Below the pieces are notes generated by a model, which saw nothing but the letters and a program-made list of their open reading frames with translations, made no database searches and was not told the DNA's origin. This document shows positions 51,945-60,845 of a stretch of 64,000 bases of DNA, in pieces. The first letter of the stretch is position 1, and each line of letters starts with the position of its first letter. The stretch comes from Escherichia phage BAU.Micro_ELP-22. The stretch lies in the sequence record OR699282.2, one strand, 5' to 3'. A program made the position numbers and the translations under genes.

Positions 51945-52430
51945 CTTGTACAATTCTGTTGGCATGATATTCATGTACCTGATCCACTCGAAAACGTAGA
52001 GGGCAGTTGAGCAGTCCGACAGTGCGAACAGCAAAAGAAACCCGTTAGATGTGGGCATAGTTTGAACCCCTCACGGCAATGCGGCTGTATAAAGAACCAC
52101 GTTAGGATAGCTGGTGGTTCCTTGATAGACATATAAGGATAACACCTTACGAATTATCTAAGGGAGAGTTATCGAATTTTGTACAGGAAAGTTGCGTCCA
52201 AAATTTGAGTACTCACATTAAGTATTTGATTGCATAGATACTTAATGAAGATACACTATGTTTAAAAGTGTAGACCGTCATATGAAACTGAAGTAGAGAG
52301 AAACAGGATGACCCGCTTTCGCACTCGTTATGAGTAATCTTCAATGCAATAGCTCTGATACCATCAGCGTCAAATTTCCCTCCTTGTGGGGGGAAGAAAA
52401 ATCCCTTCCTCAAATCCCGTCAATATTAAA
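51945..52430 (+). ncRNA. ORF-free, partly GC-enriched block; candidate structured RNA
   Basis: No + strand ORF of 60 aa or more; first ~150 nt markedly more GC-rich than genome; ends with 8-bp hairpin ttccctcc/ggggggaa. Confidence 0.3.
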
Positions 52431-52435
52431 AGTCC

Positions 52436-52464
52436 TTGACAGTTATTAATCATTCGCGTAGAAT
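52436..52464 (+). promoter_or_regulatory. Sigma70-type promoter
   Basis: TTGACA, 17 nt spacer, TAGAAT. Confidence 0.55.
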
Positions 52465-52528
52465 ACGTAGTATTAGAAGCGAACAGACATCTCGAAGAGA
52501 TGGATGATTAACCATTAAGGAATATCCA

Positions 52529-52738
52529 ATGAATTCAGTAATCTTTTTAGTAGTCGCTTTTTCTGTTAATTCCGGTGTACAAATAACCCCAATGAATTCC
52601 ATGAATCAATGTATAGCAGTACGTGATAGTACATACGAACAAGTAAACAAAGATATTTGGATTACAGTTAATAAAGAACAAATGTGGTGTTACAATAGTA
52701 ATACTAACACAAAGCTTATTGTAGGACAAACTCAATGA
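52529..52738 (+). CDS. Small secreted protein
   Basis: 69 aa; hydrophobic N-terminus; AAGGAA RBS. Confidence 0.5.
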   Translation: MNSVIFLVVAFSVNSGVQITPMNSMNQCIAVRDSTYEQVNKDIWITVNKEQMWCYNSNTNTKLIVGQTQ

Positions 52739-52965
52739 GTTATGGTGTTCGTTTTGAGATTCGTTCTATTGTCATCGATGCAGAGAAACAAGTATCGTTA
52801 GATGGTGATATACGTGAAATTTATCTATCATGTATACGTGCGAAATCTGAAGCAGATGCCTTAGTACAAATGTATAGTTTTAACTTTTCAAATGGATTCT
52901 ATTTGGTACGAGTTATTGAAGTGAAAAAAGTACTTATTGGTTGTAGCATAGAAGGATTAATGTAA
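52735..52965 (+). CDS. Hypothetical protein
   Basis: 76 aa; ATGA overlap. Confidence 0.45.
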   Translation: MSYGVRFEIRSIVIDAEKQVSLDGDIREIYLSCIRAKSEADALVQMYSFNFSNGFYLVRVIEVKKVLIGCSIEGLM

Positions 52966-52966
52966 A

Positions 52967-53755
52967 ATGAGCACTATAGATGAACTGATTCGACGGAATT
53001 CAAAATATTACCAACCATCAGAAATTGTAGGTAACATTACCAAATCAGAGTTTGGTCCAAATACTCGAAAACTCATTCATGTAATGTCACGTGATGGCTT
53101 TAAATGTGATTGTTGTGGTGAATCAAATGTAGTATTCACTTTACACAAGCACAGTACTAAAGAACGTTATAAATTCAGACCTTATGTACTTAAAGGGAAA
53201 CGCCTTGTACGCATGACGTTAGACCATAATGTACTGGACTGTCTTCAGGGCGGTAATGATAAAGAGAACATGACTGCACTGTGTGAAGATTGTAACGCAT
53301 TACGCCAGCATAAGTTTGCTGAATACAGTGAGTTTAAACACTGGTATCATAACGCGGATCGTTCAATCGAGCCTGACGTTAACTACTGCTTCATTGAGTA
53401 CATTAAGAATGCCAAAGATACATACATTCTTAAATCAATGTCACCTATTACCGTGTTTCCTGAGAACCTATTCACTACATTAAAGAATAGTTTTATTGTA
53501 GGTGATATTGATGCATTCAAGTATTTTGACAAAGGTGCAAAACATTTTGAAATTCAATGTCTTAGTACTGCACTATGTGAACTCATTAAAATTTACATAA
53601 AAGAGTATTTGGGTATTGACAATGTACGTGTACCAGAGTATACTTTTTCTATTGAATTCGATTGTGAATCAATCAAAGAGTTTGGAATTCTTTTCAATAA
53701 ACAAATAGAACTTGCAATTCAAAACGAAATCAAGTACTATACTACTAACATTTAA
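52967..53755 (+). CDS. HNH endonuclease (probable free-standing homing endonuclease)
   Basis: 262 aa; Cys cluster FKCDCCGE; HNH core TLDHNVLDCLQGGNDKENMTALCEDCNALRQH. Confidence 0.7.
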   Translation: MSTIDELIRRNSKYYQPSEIVGNITKSEFGPNTRKLIHVMSRDGFKCDCCGESNVVFTLHKHSTKERYKFRPYVLKGKRLVRMTLDHNVLDCLQGGNDKENMTALCEDCNALRQHKFAEYSEFKHWYHNADRSIEPDVNYCFIEYIKNAKDTYILKSMSPITVFPENLFTTLKNSFIVGDIDAFKYFDKGAKHFEIQCLSTALCELIKIYIKEYLGIDNVRVPEYTFSIEFDCESIKEFGILFNKQIELAIQNEIKYYTTNI

Positions 53756-53770
53756 TCAGAGGAAATTATC

Positions 53771-53953
53771 ATGCAAATTATCATTCTTATCGTTGGCATC
53801 ATGCTGGGTGTTTACGGTCACTCCTGGATGAACGAGAAGTTTCCTAATACGCGTCCTGAGTATTGCAGTACTAATGTATTCCAGAATGGTGAGAAACCAA
53901 AGGAAAGCATTGGTAAAAAGCTGGATAAAGTACTTGATGTGATCAATGAATAA
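53771..53953 (+). CDS. Small membrane protein
   Basis: 60 aa; hydrophobic N-terminus; GAGGAAA RBS. Confidence 0.45.
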   Translation: MQIIILIVGIMLGVYGHSWMNEKFPNTRPEYCSTNVFQNGEKPKESIGKKLDKVLDVINE

Positions 53954-53963
53954 GGGCCATAAA

Positions 53964-54164
53964 ATGTTTAAACCGAATTCCAATGTTGGTAAGAAAGTTC
54001 AATTACTTGAAGATGTATCCACCATGAGTGGAATTTTCCCAAGAGGTCACATCATGACTATTATTGCCGAAACATCCCGTGGGTGGGATTTGGAAGATGC
54101 TGATGGTAATCGCATCCTTGAGGCTGGATTCTATGGTCATCGTGAATATAAAATCATTGATTAA
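53964..54164 (+). CDS. Hypothetical protein
   Basis: 66 aa from ATG with AAGGG RBS. Confidence 0.45.
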   Translation: MFKPNSNVGKKVQLLEDVSTMSGIFPRGHIMTIIAETSRGWDLEDADGNRILEAGFYGHREYKIID

Positions 54165-54173
54165 GGATACAAC

Positions 54174-54257
54174 ATGACTTTAGAGATTGTCTTTGGTATT
54201 GTTAGCTTAGTCGTCTGTGTGGGTTGGTTTGGGTATCTGATGATTTTTGGTGATTAA
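54174..54257 (+). CDS. Possible hydrophobic micro-protein
   Basis: 27 aa; AAGGA RBS; almost entirely hydrophobic. Confidence 0.25.
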   Translation: MTLEIVFGIVSLVVCVGWFGYLMIFGD

Positions 54258-54260
54258 TAC

Positions 54261-54288
54261 TTGACATAAGATATCAGTACTGTATAAT
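54261..54288 (+). promoter_or_regulatory. Early promoter, conserved-spacer family
   Basis: TTGACA-taagatatcagtactg-TATAAT. Confidence 0.7.
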
Positions 54289-54301
54289 GTTTATATCAAA
54301 G

Positions 54302-54351
54302 GGAATGCAGTGAAAGGAAAGACAGCATAATCGTACTCGTCACTGCGTTCC
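54302..54351 (+). promoter_or_regulatory. 5' leader hairpin, possible regulatory structure
   Basis: gggaatgcagtga ... tcactgcgttccc 13-bp stem (one G-U), 24-nt loop, 30 nt upstream of the 54382 start. Confidence 0.45.
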
Positions 54352-54381
54352 CGCCCTTTTAAATTAAATGAGGAATTAACT

Positions 54382-54690
54382 ATGTTTCAAACTAACACTC
54401 AAGGTTTTGTAATCATCGATTTGAATCAAAACAGCGGTTATTGGATGAAACCTACTGACGCATGTATGCAGTTTGATTTTTTAGGTTACAGGATTAGTGT
54501 AAGTACTGGTGCTTCTGTACTGCGTGGTGGTTGTATCGTTGAACATCTGGTAACTGATCCAGAAGGTCGTGAGTATGAAATCGCAGGTTCGGTACAAGAT
54601 GCCATTATGTTTGTATGTCAGCGTGAAATGAATAGTTCGAATTCAAATGCACTGACTCATGCTCTTTCTCAAGAAGTGGAGGTTCGTTAA
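54382..54690 (+). CDS. Hypothetical protein
   Basis: 102 aa; GAGGAA RBS. Confidence 0.55.
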   Translation: MFQTNTQGFVIIDLNQNSGYWMKPTDACMQFDFLGYRISVSTGASVLRGGCIVEHLVTDPEGREYEIAGSVQDAIMFVCQREMNSSNSNALTHALSQEVEVR

Positions 54691-54941
54691 TGAAATATAT
54701 CGTAGCAGTACTCGTTGCATTTTTACTCACTGCATGTGACGCTTCAACAAAAGAACGCACAAGTGATTTTATTCTCCCTATTGAATTACAAGAAGCAGGA
54801 TGTAAGATTTATCGTATGCAAAAGGACGGTGCTGGCGTAACCTTGTATACAGTTTATTGCCCTAATGCAAATACCAGTACTGGATACAGCAGCGGTAAAA
54901 CACGAATCAATACTTCAGTGATTAATGGAGTACAACAATGA
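54690..54941 (+). CDS. Small lipoprotein
   Basis: 83 aa; signal peptide with lipobox LTAC. Confidence 0.55.
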   Translation: MKYIVAVLVAFLLTACDASTKERTSDFILPIELQEAGCKIYRMQKDGAGVTLYTVYCPNANTSTGYSSGKTRINTSVINGVQQ

Positions 54942-55306
54942 GCCTTGATACAACCCGTGCAACAGATTTATTAACTCGTATGAATAATGAAGAATTTCTT
55001 GCTGAAATAAAGTACAAGCTTGAAAAACTGGCACGAAGTGCTGAAGTAATTGAAGTTGAAGGTCACTTACCAATGGACCAATTCAATACGTTCAACGAAG
55101 ATATGGTTTATTATCCAAATGAAATTTGGATTGAGTGGGAGTCATGGACTAACAAAACTCTACGCATTGAAGGTTATTGTGTGAATTATGAATCTGAACC
55201 TGGTGATGTTACAAAAACTCTCTCCATTTGGTGTACAAAAACACATGAACTCGTTGAGGTGAATTTGAATTATATGAAAGGTTTCCGTTGGGGTGATGTT
55301 CAATGA
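54938..55306 (+). CDS. Hypothetical protein
   Basis: 122 aa; ATGA overlap. Confidence 0.5.
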   Translation: MSLDTTRATDLLTRMNNEEFLAEIKYKLEKLARSAEVIEVEGHLPMDQFNTFNEDMVYYPNEIWIEWESWTNKTLRIEGYCVNYESEPGDVTKTLSIWCTKTHELVEVNLNYMKGFRWGDVQ

Positions 55307-55578
55307 TTAAAAAACTATTGACAGTTGTCTTTGTATTCTGTACAATGTTTCTTACAGCATGTAATGATGACGGCAGGTTTAGTGCAAAAGACTTAGTTCG
55401 TCAGGATTGTACATTCACAGGTAAGTCTTTTATTAACGAGTATGAGGTATGTACACAATCAGGCCGTATCTGTGGTGGTTGGGAAAAACGACAGGAGCGA
55501 TTGTATGTATATGAATGCCCTGGACATCACAACAAAGTACTAAGCACACACAAACTTGTTTATGATAAGGTTGAATAA
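55303..55578 (+). CDS. Small lipoprotein
   Basis: 91 aa; signal peptide with lipobox LTAC; 4 further Cys. Confidence 0.55.
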   Translation: MIKKLLTVVFVFCTMFLTACNDDGRFSAKDLVRQDCTFTGKSFINEYEVCTQSGRICGGWEKRQERLYVYECPGHHNKVLSTHKLVYDKVE

Positions 55579-55793
55579 TGACTACCAATGAAATGATGCA
55601 GGTTATTTGGGATAAAGGTTGTGATATTAAAATCACTAGTACTGATGTTCGTGTATTCAAAACTGAATATATGGAGTACTTGGACCTTGATACTTATAAT
55701 AATATTGTATCAATTGAACACAAAGGTGCAGTACTGGAAACCATTGACGTAGTACTCAAGAAAGCTACCGACCTATTAGGAGTGGCAGTGTGA
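55578..55793 (+). CDS. Hypothetical protein
   Basis: 71 aa; TAATG overlap. Confidence 0.5.
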   Translation: MTTNEMMQVIWDKGCDIKITSTDVRVFKTEYMEYLDLDTYNNIVSIEHKGAVLETIDVVLKKATDLLGVAV

Positions 55794-55936
55794 ATAACAA
55801 AGAGTGGGAAGATTACCGCAAGAAGTGCAGGGAGTTTGATAAAGAACTTACTGGTACAGTGAATGCAGTAATGTGGGTATCTGTAATTATTGCAGTTCTT
55901 GCGTTGGGTGCTATTATTATTAATAAATTATTCTAA
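55790..55936 (+). CDS. Small C-terminally anchored membrane protein
   Basis: 48 aa, GTG start overlapping upstream stop, AGGAG RBS. Confidence 0.35.
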   Translation: MNNKEWEDYRKKCREFDKELTGTVNAVMWVSVIIAVLALGAIIINKLF

Positions 55937-55944
55937 GGACTAAT

Positions 55945-56145
55945 ATGTTTACTTTATATCTTGCAGTAGTACTAACTAATGGTGAAATCACTCGCACCGT
56001 TGGTGAAGGTGTATATAAAACACCTGATCAGTGTTACTCTGCAACTCATTGGCCTCGTGATGCTGGTGATGAATCTCGCACTGAATACAAATGTATGAAG
56101 GTTAAAGGTGACTTTGTAAATCTAAAGGTTATTGAGACTAAGTAA
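55945..56145 (+). CDS. Small secreted or membrane protein
   Basis: 66 aa; hydrophobic N-terminus. Confidence 0.45.
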   Translation: MFTLYLAVVLTNGEITRTVGEGVYKTPDQCYSATHWPRDAGDESRTEYKCMKVKGDFVNLKVIETK

Positions 56146-56663
56146 TGGATATTAATGAGTTGTTGAAATTAGTGTTTAATCGTGAACGCCGCGATACAAG
56201 ACCAATTGAATATCAAGATGTGATACGCATTGAAACTGATTTCTGTTATGGTAAAACAACTCATGACCTTTTGAATCTCTCTGGAAAACGCTATGCTGAT
56301 GTTTGTTTTTCAGAGAGAAGTGATGGTTCAGAAATAACGAGTACTGATATTGTTTGTTACGCACGCAGTGCTGATAAATCTTATGAAATAGAACTTATAT
56401 ATTCCCCTAGTTCTAAAACAAATCATCACCGCCATATTTTATATGATGTTTACACACCACCTGGTATTGCTGAATATTTTGTTATTGATTATAGTACTGA
56501 AGAAAATGTGTTTCAACAAAGTTTGATTCATAACTTTGAGGTTAATGATCCATTAGTGCCAAAGTTATTCAAACTACTTGACACCATCGATGTTGATTTT
56601 GAATTTGTTATGTGTATTAGAACTTCTTTATTCAATGAATTCATGGAACTTTTTAATATATGA
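56145..56663 (+). CDS. C-terminal FFQ-x-S motif family member
   Basis: 172 aa; TEENVFQQSLIHN. Confidence 0.55.
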   Translation: MDINELLKLVFNRERRDTRPIEYQDVIRIETDFCYGKTTHDLLNLSGKRYADVCFSERSDGSEITSTDIVCYARSADKSYEIELIYSPSSKTNHHRHILYDVYTPPGIAEYFVIDYSTEENVFQQSLIHNFEVNDPLVPKLFKLLDTIDVDFEFVMCIRTSLFNEFMELFNI

Positions 56664-56881
56664 ATAGATACTATGTTGTGTATGAACACGTCTCTGAATT
56701 TAATAACATACGAGGTTATTCCAGAGTTGTCACAAAGATGGATGTATTCATTCGTGCTCTTAGTGAAGTGGATGCACTGTTTAAATTGTTTGATGAAATT
56801 ACAAAGTATAACACACCCAAAACACACCGCTATGTGGAAACTGTACATAGCATTATACTAACTGAAAGTGATGAGGAATGA
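56660..56881 (+). CDS. Hypothetical protein
   Basis: 73 aa; ATGA overlap. Confidence 0.45.
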   Translation: MNRYYVVYEHVSEFNNIRGYSRVVTKMDVFIRALSEVDALFKLFDEITKYNTPKTHRYVETVHSIILTESDEE

Positions 56882-56884
56882 TAA

Positions 56885-57103
56885 ATGAATTTATATCTAG
56901 TTGAAGGTTTAGTACAAGTCTATAAACCAGAAGGTGAAGGTCAACGTTTTTCACACGTAGAAGAATTTAAGTACGTTGTACAGGCTGATGGTCAGTACGA
57001 TGCGGAAATTCAAGTAGATGAATCATTCCGTAAGAAAAATGAAATTGGTAAATTTCAATACCAGAACTTACAATATAAAGTATGGCCTAGTATAAATGAC
57101 TAA
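56885..57103 (+). CDS. Hypothetical protein
   Basis: 72 aa ORF. Confidence 0.45.
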   Translation: MNLYLVEGLVQVYKPEGEGQRFSHVEEFKYVVQADGQYDAEIQVDESFRKKNEIGKFQYQNLQYKVWPSIND

Positions 57104-57311
57104 GATGTGGTGGTGTCATGGTGTATATAACGTGTATGTAAATGGTAGATATAAAATGTCTAGTACCTATGCAAGACGTGTTAATGCGAACAACCAAGTT
57201 GATGCTGCTTGTGAGATCATTGAGTGGTATGCTGAGTTCAATGCACCTGACTATATGTACGAAATAGTTACAATAAATGTTGTACAAATCGATACATCTT
57301 TGATACAATAA
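57096..57311 (+). CDS. Hypothetical protein
   Basis: 71 aa ORF. Confidence 0.45.
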   Translation: MTKMWWCHGVYNVYVNGRYKMSSTYARRVNANNQVDAACEIIEWYAEFNAPDYMYEIVTINVVQIDTSLIQ

Positions 57312-57343
57312 CCACATCAAAAAAATTGCATCTGAGGATACTT

Positions 57344-58006
57344 ATGTTAGTTAATCTTAATTTCATCACTTCACCTGACTGGGCATTACGTGGAGTTTCT
57401 TTAAACTTCAAGGAAACTATGTTTGACTACATTGGTGAGTGTACATTGGTAAATGCAACTTTTGATCCAAATCATCCGTTTTGGGCTGAAATTCATGATC
57501 CAAATGTAAACAACAATACATCTGTTATGACTATTGTCCAGACTAAACATGCAGGTATCCTTGCAGGTTATCGACCTGCACATGCAATTGAACACTTCAC
57601 TGATTACGATGTCGTGGATGAATACCCAATGATCCATGAAGATGGAAGTCTATACACATCTGAAGACTTCCGTGCTATCTTTAATAGTACTGATGATATT
57701 CTACCAAGTGGACGTCCACGTCCTGAGTCTTATCTTATGCATCCATCTTATGGTGTAGCAGATACGCTTGAACAGATTATGAATAAGTACAAGAACCTAA
57801 TTGAAGGTCCAGAAGAAATTGTCCTGTGCTATCACCCAGTACTGAAGTCTGAACAACCAAAGGATGGTGGATGGCGTTGGCATAAGAATGGTGAGTATAT
57901 CGGTACTAAACGAAGTAAAGAACGTTTTGAGTACTTGTATGATGAGCCAGATGTTGATGTGGTTTTGTGTTATAATTTTATTAAGGTGAAAAAGAAATGT
58001 ATCTAG
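57344..58006 (+). CDS. Hypothetical protein
   Basis: 220 aa from ATG with GAGGA RBS (track start 57326 is TTG). Confidence 0.55.
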   Translation: MLVNLNFITSPDWALRGVSLNFKETMFDYIGECTLVNATFDPNHPFWAEIHDPNVNNNTSVMTIVQTKHAGILAGYRPAHAIEHFTDYDVVDEYPMIHEDGSLYTSEDFRAIFNSTDDILPSGRPRPESYLMHPSYGVADTLEQIMNKYKNLIEGPEEIVLCYHPVLKSEQPKDGGWRWHKNGEYIGTKRSKERFEYLYDEPDVDVVLCYNFIKVKKKCI

Positions 58007-58239
58007 TACTAAGTTTTGTTGTTGCACTATTGTTTATGTTCTATCCTACACTAGTGGCATTAGCCACTAGGCGAACGATGGTAGATCTCACTACTGTATT
58101 CTTGCTAAACGTGGCATTAGTACTGGTGTCTATTATCATTCCAGTGAGCTTTACAGTTATTGATATTATTTCGGTATTACTCTTCGTGTTAAGTTATCTT
58201 ATGCTTATTGAAGAAACAAATGTTGACAAACGTTCGTAG
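57997..58239 (+). CDS. Small membrane protein
   Basis: 80 aa; two or three hydrophobic helices. Confidence 0.5.
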   Translation: MYLVLSFVVALLFMFYPTLVALATRRTMVDLTTVFLLNVALVLVSIIIPVSFTVIDIISVLLFVLSYLMLIEETNVDKRS

Positions 58240-58250
58240 TACTGTATAAT
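58223..58250 (+). promoter_or_regulatory. Early promoter, conserved-spacer family
   Basis: TTGACA-aacgttcgtagtactg-TATAAT, overlaps 3' end of previous gene. Confidence 0.65.
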
Positions 58251-58297
58251 GGTTCCTGTAGTCTGAAACTTAACACTTAAACTTGAGGTAAAAAAAT

Positions 58298-58624
58298 ATG
58301 CTATCAGTACTAATTTCAATTCCGTCTTTAATTCTGATTTGGCTTCTGGTTTACGAATGCTTTATTACTGATGATAATGATAAAAAAGAGTTCTCTGAGT
58401 TGTTTATGCTTGATTCACCGATTGTGCGTATTTTCTATACAGTCGTTGTGGTTTCAGTAATTGTATGGATTTTGAGTTTTATCTTCCCACTCGGTGCAGT
58501 AGTTAAAACTTTGGATTTAGTTGAGAACTTTGTTGCAATTATGTGGCTAATCAAAGCACTATTTGCAGGAAATGTTAAAATTTGGATTGATATTATCAAA
58601 TTCAAGTTCACGAATAAGATGTAA
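58298..58624 (+). CDS. Polytopic membrane protein
   Basis: 108 aa; three hydrophobic helices. Confidence 0.5.
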   Translation: MLSVLISIPSLILIWLLVYECFITDDNDKKEFSELFMLDSPIVRIFYTVVVVSVIVWILSFIFPLGAVVKTLDLVENFVAIMWLIKALFAGNVKIWIDIIKFKFTNKM

Positions 58625-58650
58625 CAGTGAAAATATCTCTATAGTATTAA

Positions 58651-58683
58651 ATACTTCTGTACATATATATAGTACAGAAGTAT
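58651..58683 (+). terminator. Long perfect hairpin, probable terminator
   Basis: atacttctgtac - atatatata - gtacagaagtat (12-bp stem) followed by TTCT. Confidence 0.5.
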
Positions 58684-58702
58684 TTCTCGTTAGAGGTTTG
58701 TT

Positions 58703-59062
58703 ATGAAGAGTTATATAAAATTAATAGCACTTGTGTGTGCATTATTTTCATGTTTTAGTTATGGTGCAGCAGCAGAAACATATTGTCGTAGTACTAAGGG
58801 AACGTGGCATGTATTGACTAACGACCCTAGAAATGGTAAAAATATAGTTGTTGATGGTGTGATTTATCGTTTTAAAGTAGAAAGTATTATCGGTAATAAA
58901 AAAATCTCGACTTATAGAGATGATTCTGGTACATTAGCAAACGTAATATTAATTGTAGACCCAAGAACTGGTAATGGTGATATCTATATAGTAATTTACT
59001 TGGACTCATCGGTACGCCGTGACCTAGATATAGATAAATTGAACTTACACTGTGAAATATAG
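58703..59062 (+). CDS. Secreted protein (paralogue of 59453 gene)
   Basis: 119 aa; signal peptide; shares C..G..H, IVVDGVIYRF pattern with 59453 ORF. Confidence 0.55.
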   Translation: MKSYIKLIALVCALFSCFSYGAAAETYCRSTKGTWHVLTNDPRNGKNIVVDGVIYRFKVESIIGNKKISTYRDDSGTLANVILIVDPRTGNGDIYIVIYLDSSVRRDLDIDKLNLHCEI

Positions 59063-59072
59063 GACTTAAAAA

Positions 59073-59450
59073 ATGGTAAACACTATTTTACTTTTGTTGT
59101 TGAATATTCCAATTATTCTGTCTTTTTTAATTTCTATTTTTATGGCAGGATATTGTTTAGTTGCAGTAATTCATTTCATTTTAACAAACAAATATGTCCT
59201 AATTTCTAAGCTTGATTCTATTTTTGCTTGCGATTCGATTGCTTATAACTTGTGGTTAATTTGTTCTTGCATTATGGGAGTAACTTTCCTTCTGTATGTA
59301 TTTGATGTCCTTGACCAAAAGTTCGTATACATCAGTACTGGATTGGCTCTTTATCCTGCTACGTGGTACTTGATTTACGTTGGTGATATATGGTATAGTA
59401 CTTATAAAGAATATCAGTACAAGAAATCACTTAACGTTGGAGGAAAATAA
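59073..59450 (+). CDS. Polytopic membrane protein
   Basis: 125 aa; about 4 hydrophobic helices. Confidence 0.5.
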   Translation: MVNTILLLLLNIPIILSFLISIFMAGYCLVAVIHFILTNKYVLISKLDSIFACDSIAYNLWLICSCIMGVTFLLYVFDVLDQKFVYISTGLALYPATWYLIYVGDIWYSTYKEYQYKKSLNVGGK

Positions 59451-59452
59451 TC

Positions 59453-59803
59453 ATGAAAATTATTTTATTTTTTGTATGTATGTTAATGTGTGGATTGTCA
59501 TATGCTGAACCATTGGAAGGTTTAGTTTGTACAGATGGTAATATTAAACATATCTATCAAGGTGATAGTGACAATCGAGATATTGTATATATTGATGGAC
59601 AATCATATACGTTTGTTAAAGAGCATACAGTAGGCGACATTAGCTTCACTGAGTTTTCTAACGACACAGACCCTAACTTCTTAGCGTTTATTGAAGTAGA
59701 TGTATATGAAGATAGTAATGGCACACAATATGCTAAATTAGTTATGATGCGTCGTGGTGCTAAAGAAACTAGTTTTGGTGGCTTGTGTAAATATAAGGAT
59801 TGA
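59453..59803 (+). CDS. Secreted protein (paralogue of 58703 gene)
   Basis: 116 aa; signal peptide SYA-EP; IVYIDGQSYTF. Confidence 0.55.
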   Translation: MKIILFFVCMLMCGLSYAEPLEGLVCTDGNIKHIYQGDSDNRDIVYIDGQSYTFVKEHTVGDISFTEFSNDTDPNFLAFIEVDVYEDSNGTQYAKLVMMRRGAKETSFGGLCKYKD

Positions 59804-59807
59804 TATT

Positions 59808-59999
59808 ATGTTGATTTATCAAAGTGATAATATTCGTGTTATGCAGCATCCCTACTTACAAATCTTTGATGTGCAGCAGTATATGGAAGGTGATGACCCA
59901 AGAACCTATGGTCGTAAGTATGATTACTTCACTGTAAAGCAGTGTAAAAATATTAACGAAGTACGACAATTAGTTCAAGAACTTCAAAACAAAGGTTGA
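59808..59999 (+). CDS. Hypothetical protein
   Basis: 63 aa from ATG with AAGGA RBS. Confidence 0.45.
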   Translation: MLIYQSDNIRVMQHPYLQIFDVQQYMEGDDPRTYGRKYDYFTVKQCKNINEVRQLVQELQNKG

Positions 60000-60025
60000 C
60001 TTCGGTCAGCCTTTTTTGTTATAAT
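59994..60025 (+). terminator. Composite terminator-promoter element, copy 1
   Basis: ggttgac-ttcg-gtcagcc hairpin plus T6; the hairpin contains TTGACT and is followed 18 nt later by TATAAT. Confidence 0.65.
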
Positions 60026-60053
60026 TCTCTTAATAAATTAGAGGATTTTAATT

Positions 60054-60494
60054 ATGTATGTATATCGTTTTGAACTTAAATTTAGTTACATTGAACCTAA
60101 CTTAGATCCTGCACGAACTGTAGGTCCGTTTGCACGGTATTCAACTAGATACAGTACTAAAAATGGATTTGACCGTTTGTGCATGACCACACCTTCGCAA
60201 TTCCAACCAGAACCAACTGAAGATGGAATCTATTCAATCAAACGTGGCTGGGTATTTGGCTGTCAAAGTTTGAAAGATTTGTTCAGATTCTTCACTATGG
60301 ACTTGGGTAAATTGCATCGTGCTGGGTTTGCTATATCTGTATATGAAGTTCCAGACCACCATGTAGACATTGGTCGTAATCAGGTTCAGTACTATTGCGG
60401 TAGTGCTAAATTAGTTCGTATCATGTCAGTTAAGGAAGCAAAGGATGAGTTCCGACAAAGTAAAAGAGAAACACATGAGGTAATATATGGATAA
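60054..60494 (+). CDS. Hypothetical protein
   Basis: 146 aa; GAGGA RBS. Confidence 0.55.
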   Translation: MYVYRFELKFSYIEPNLDPARTVGPFARYSTRYSTKNGFDRLCMTTPSQFQPEPTEDGIYSIKRGWVFGCQSLKDLFRFFTMDLGKLHRAGFAISVYEVPDHHVDIGRNQVQYYCGSAKLVRIMSVKEAKDEFRQSKRETHEVIYG

Positions 60495-60831
60495 AACTCA
60501 AATAGAATTAAAGAAATTTGTTTCATTCTATTTTCCTGATGACCCACGTAATTCACAAAAAGATATTGAATATTATAATATCCTATCTAAACAGTTAATG
60601 AGAAAGTTTCAACAGTGTTTAACTATATTCAATACAGATGGAAGACGTAGATACCGAATCGTTTCAATGAATGATGAAAACGCAAATTTCTTTGATTACG
60701 ATGTAGTTTTTAGAGCATATAATGATGATCGTATAAAATTAAATTATGATCAAATTATACTTGACCTGAATGTTATATGTGTTATAATCACTCACGTAGC
60801 CGAACTTAATGGTTTTAAAGAATGGTATTGA
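60487..60831 (+). CDS. Hypothetical protein
   Basis: 114 aa; overlap coupling. Confidence 0.5.
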   Translation: MDKTQIELKKFVSFYFPDDPRNSQKDIEYYNILSKQLMRKFQQCLTIFNTDGRRRYRIVSMNDENANFFDYDVVFRAYNDDRIKLNYDQIILDLNVICVIITHVAELNGFKEWY

Positions 60832-60845
60832 ATAGAGGATAACAT

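Noticed and set aside
51945-52430. RNase P RNA or group I intron identity for the GC-rich block
   Set aside because: A few short segments recall RNase P conserved blocks, but their order and the required P4 pairing do not fit, and no split host gene flanks it as an intron would need; left as unclassified candidate RNA
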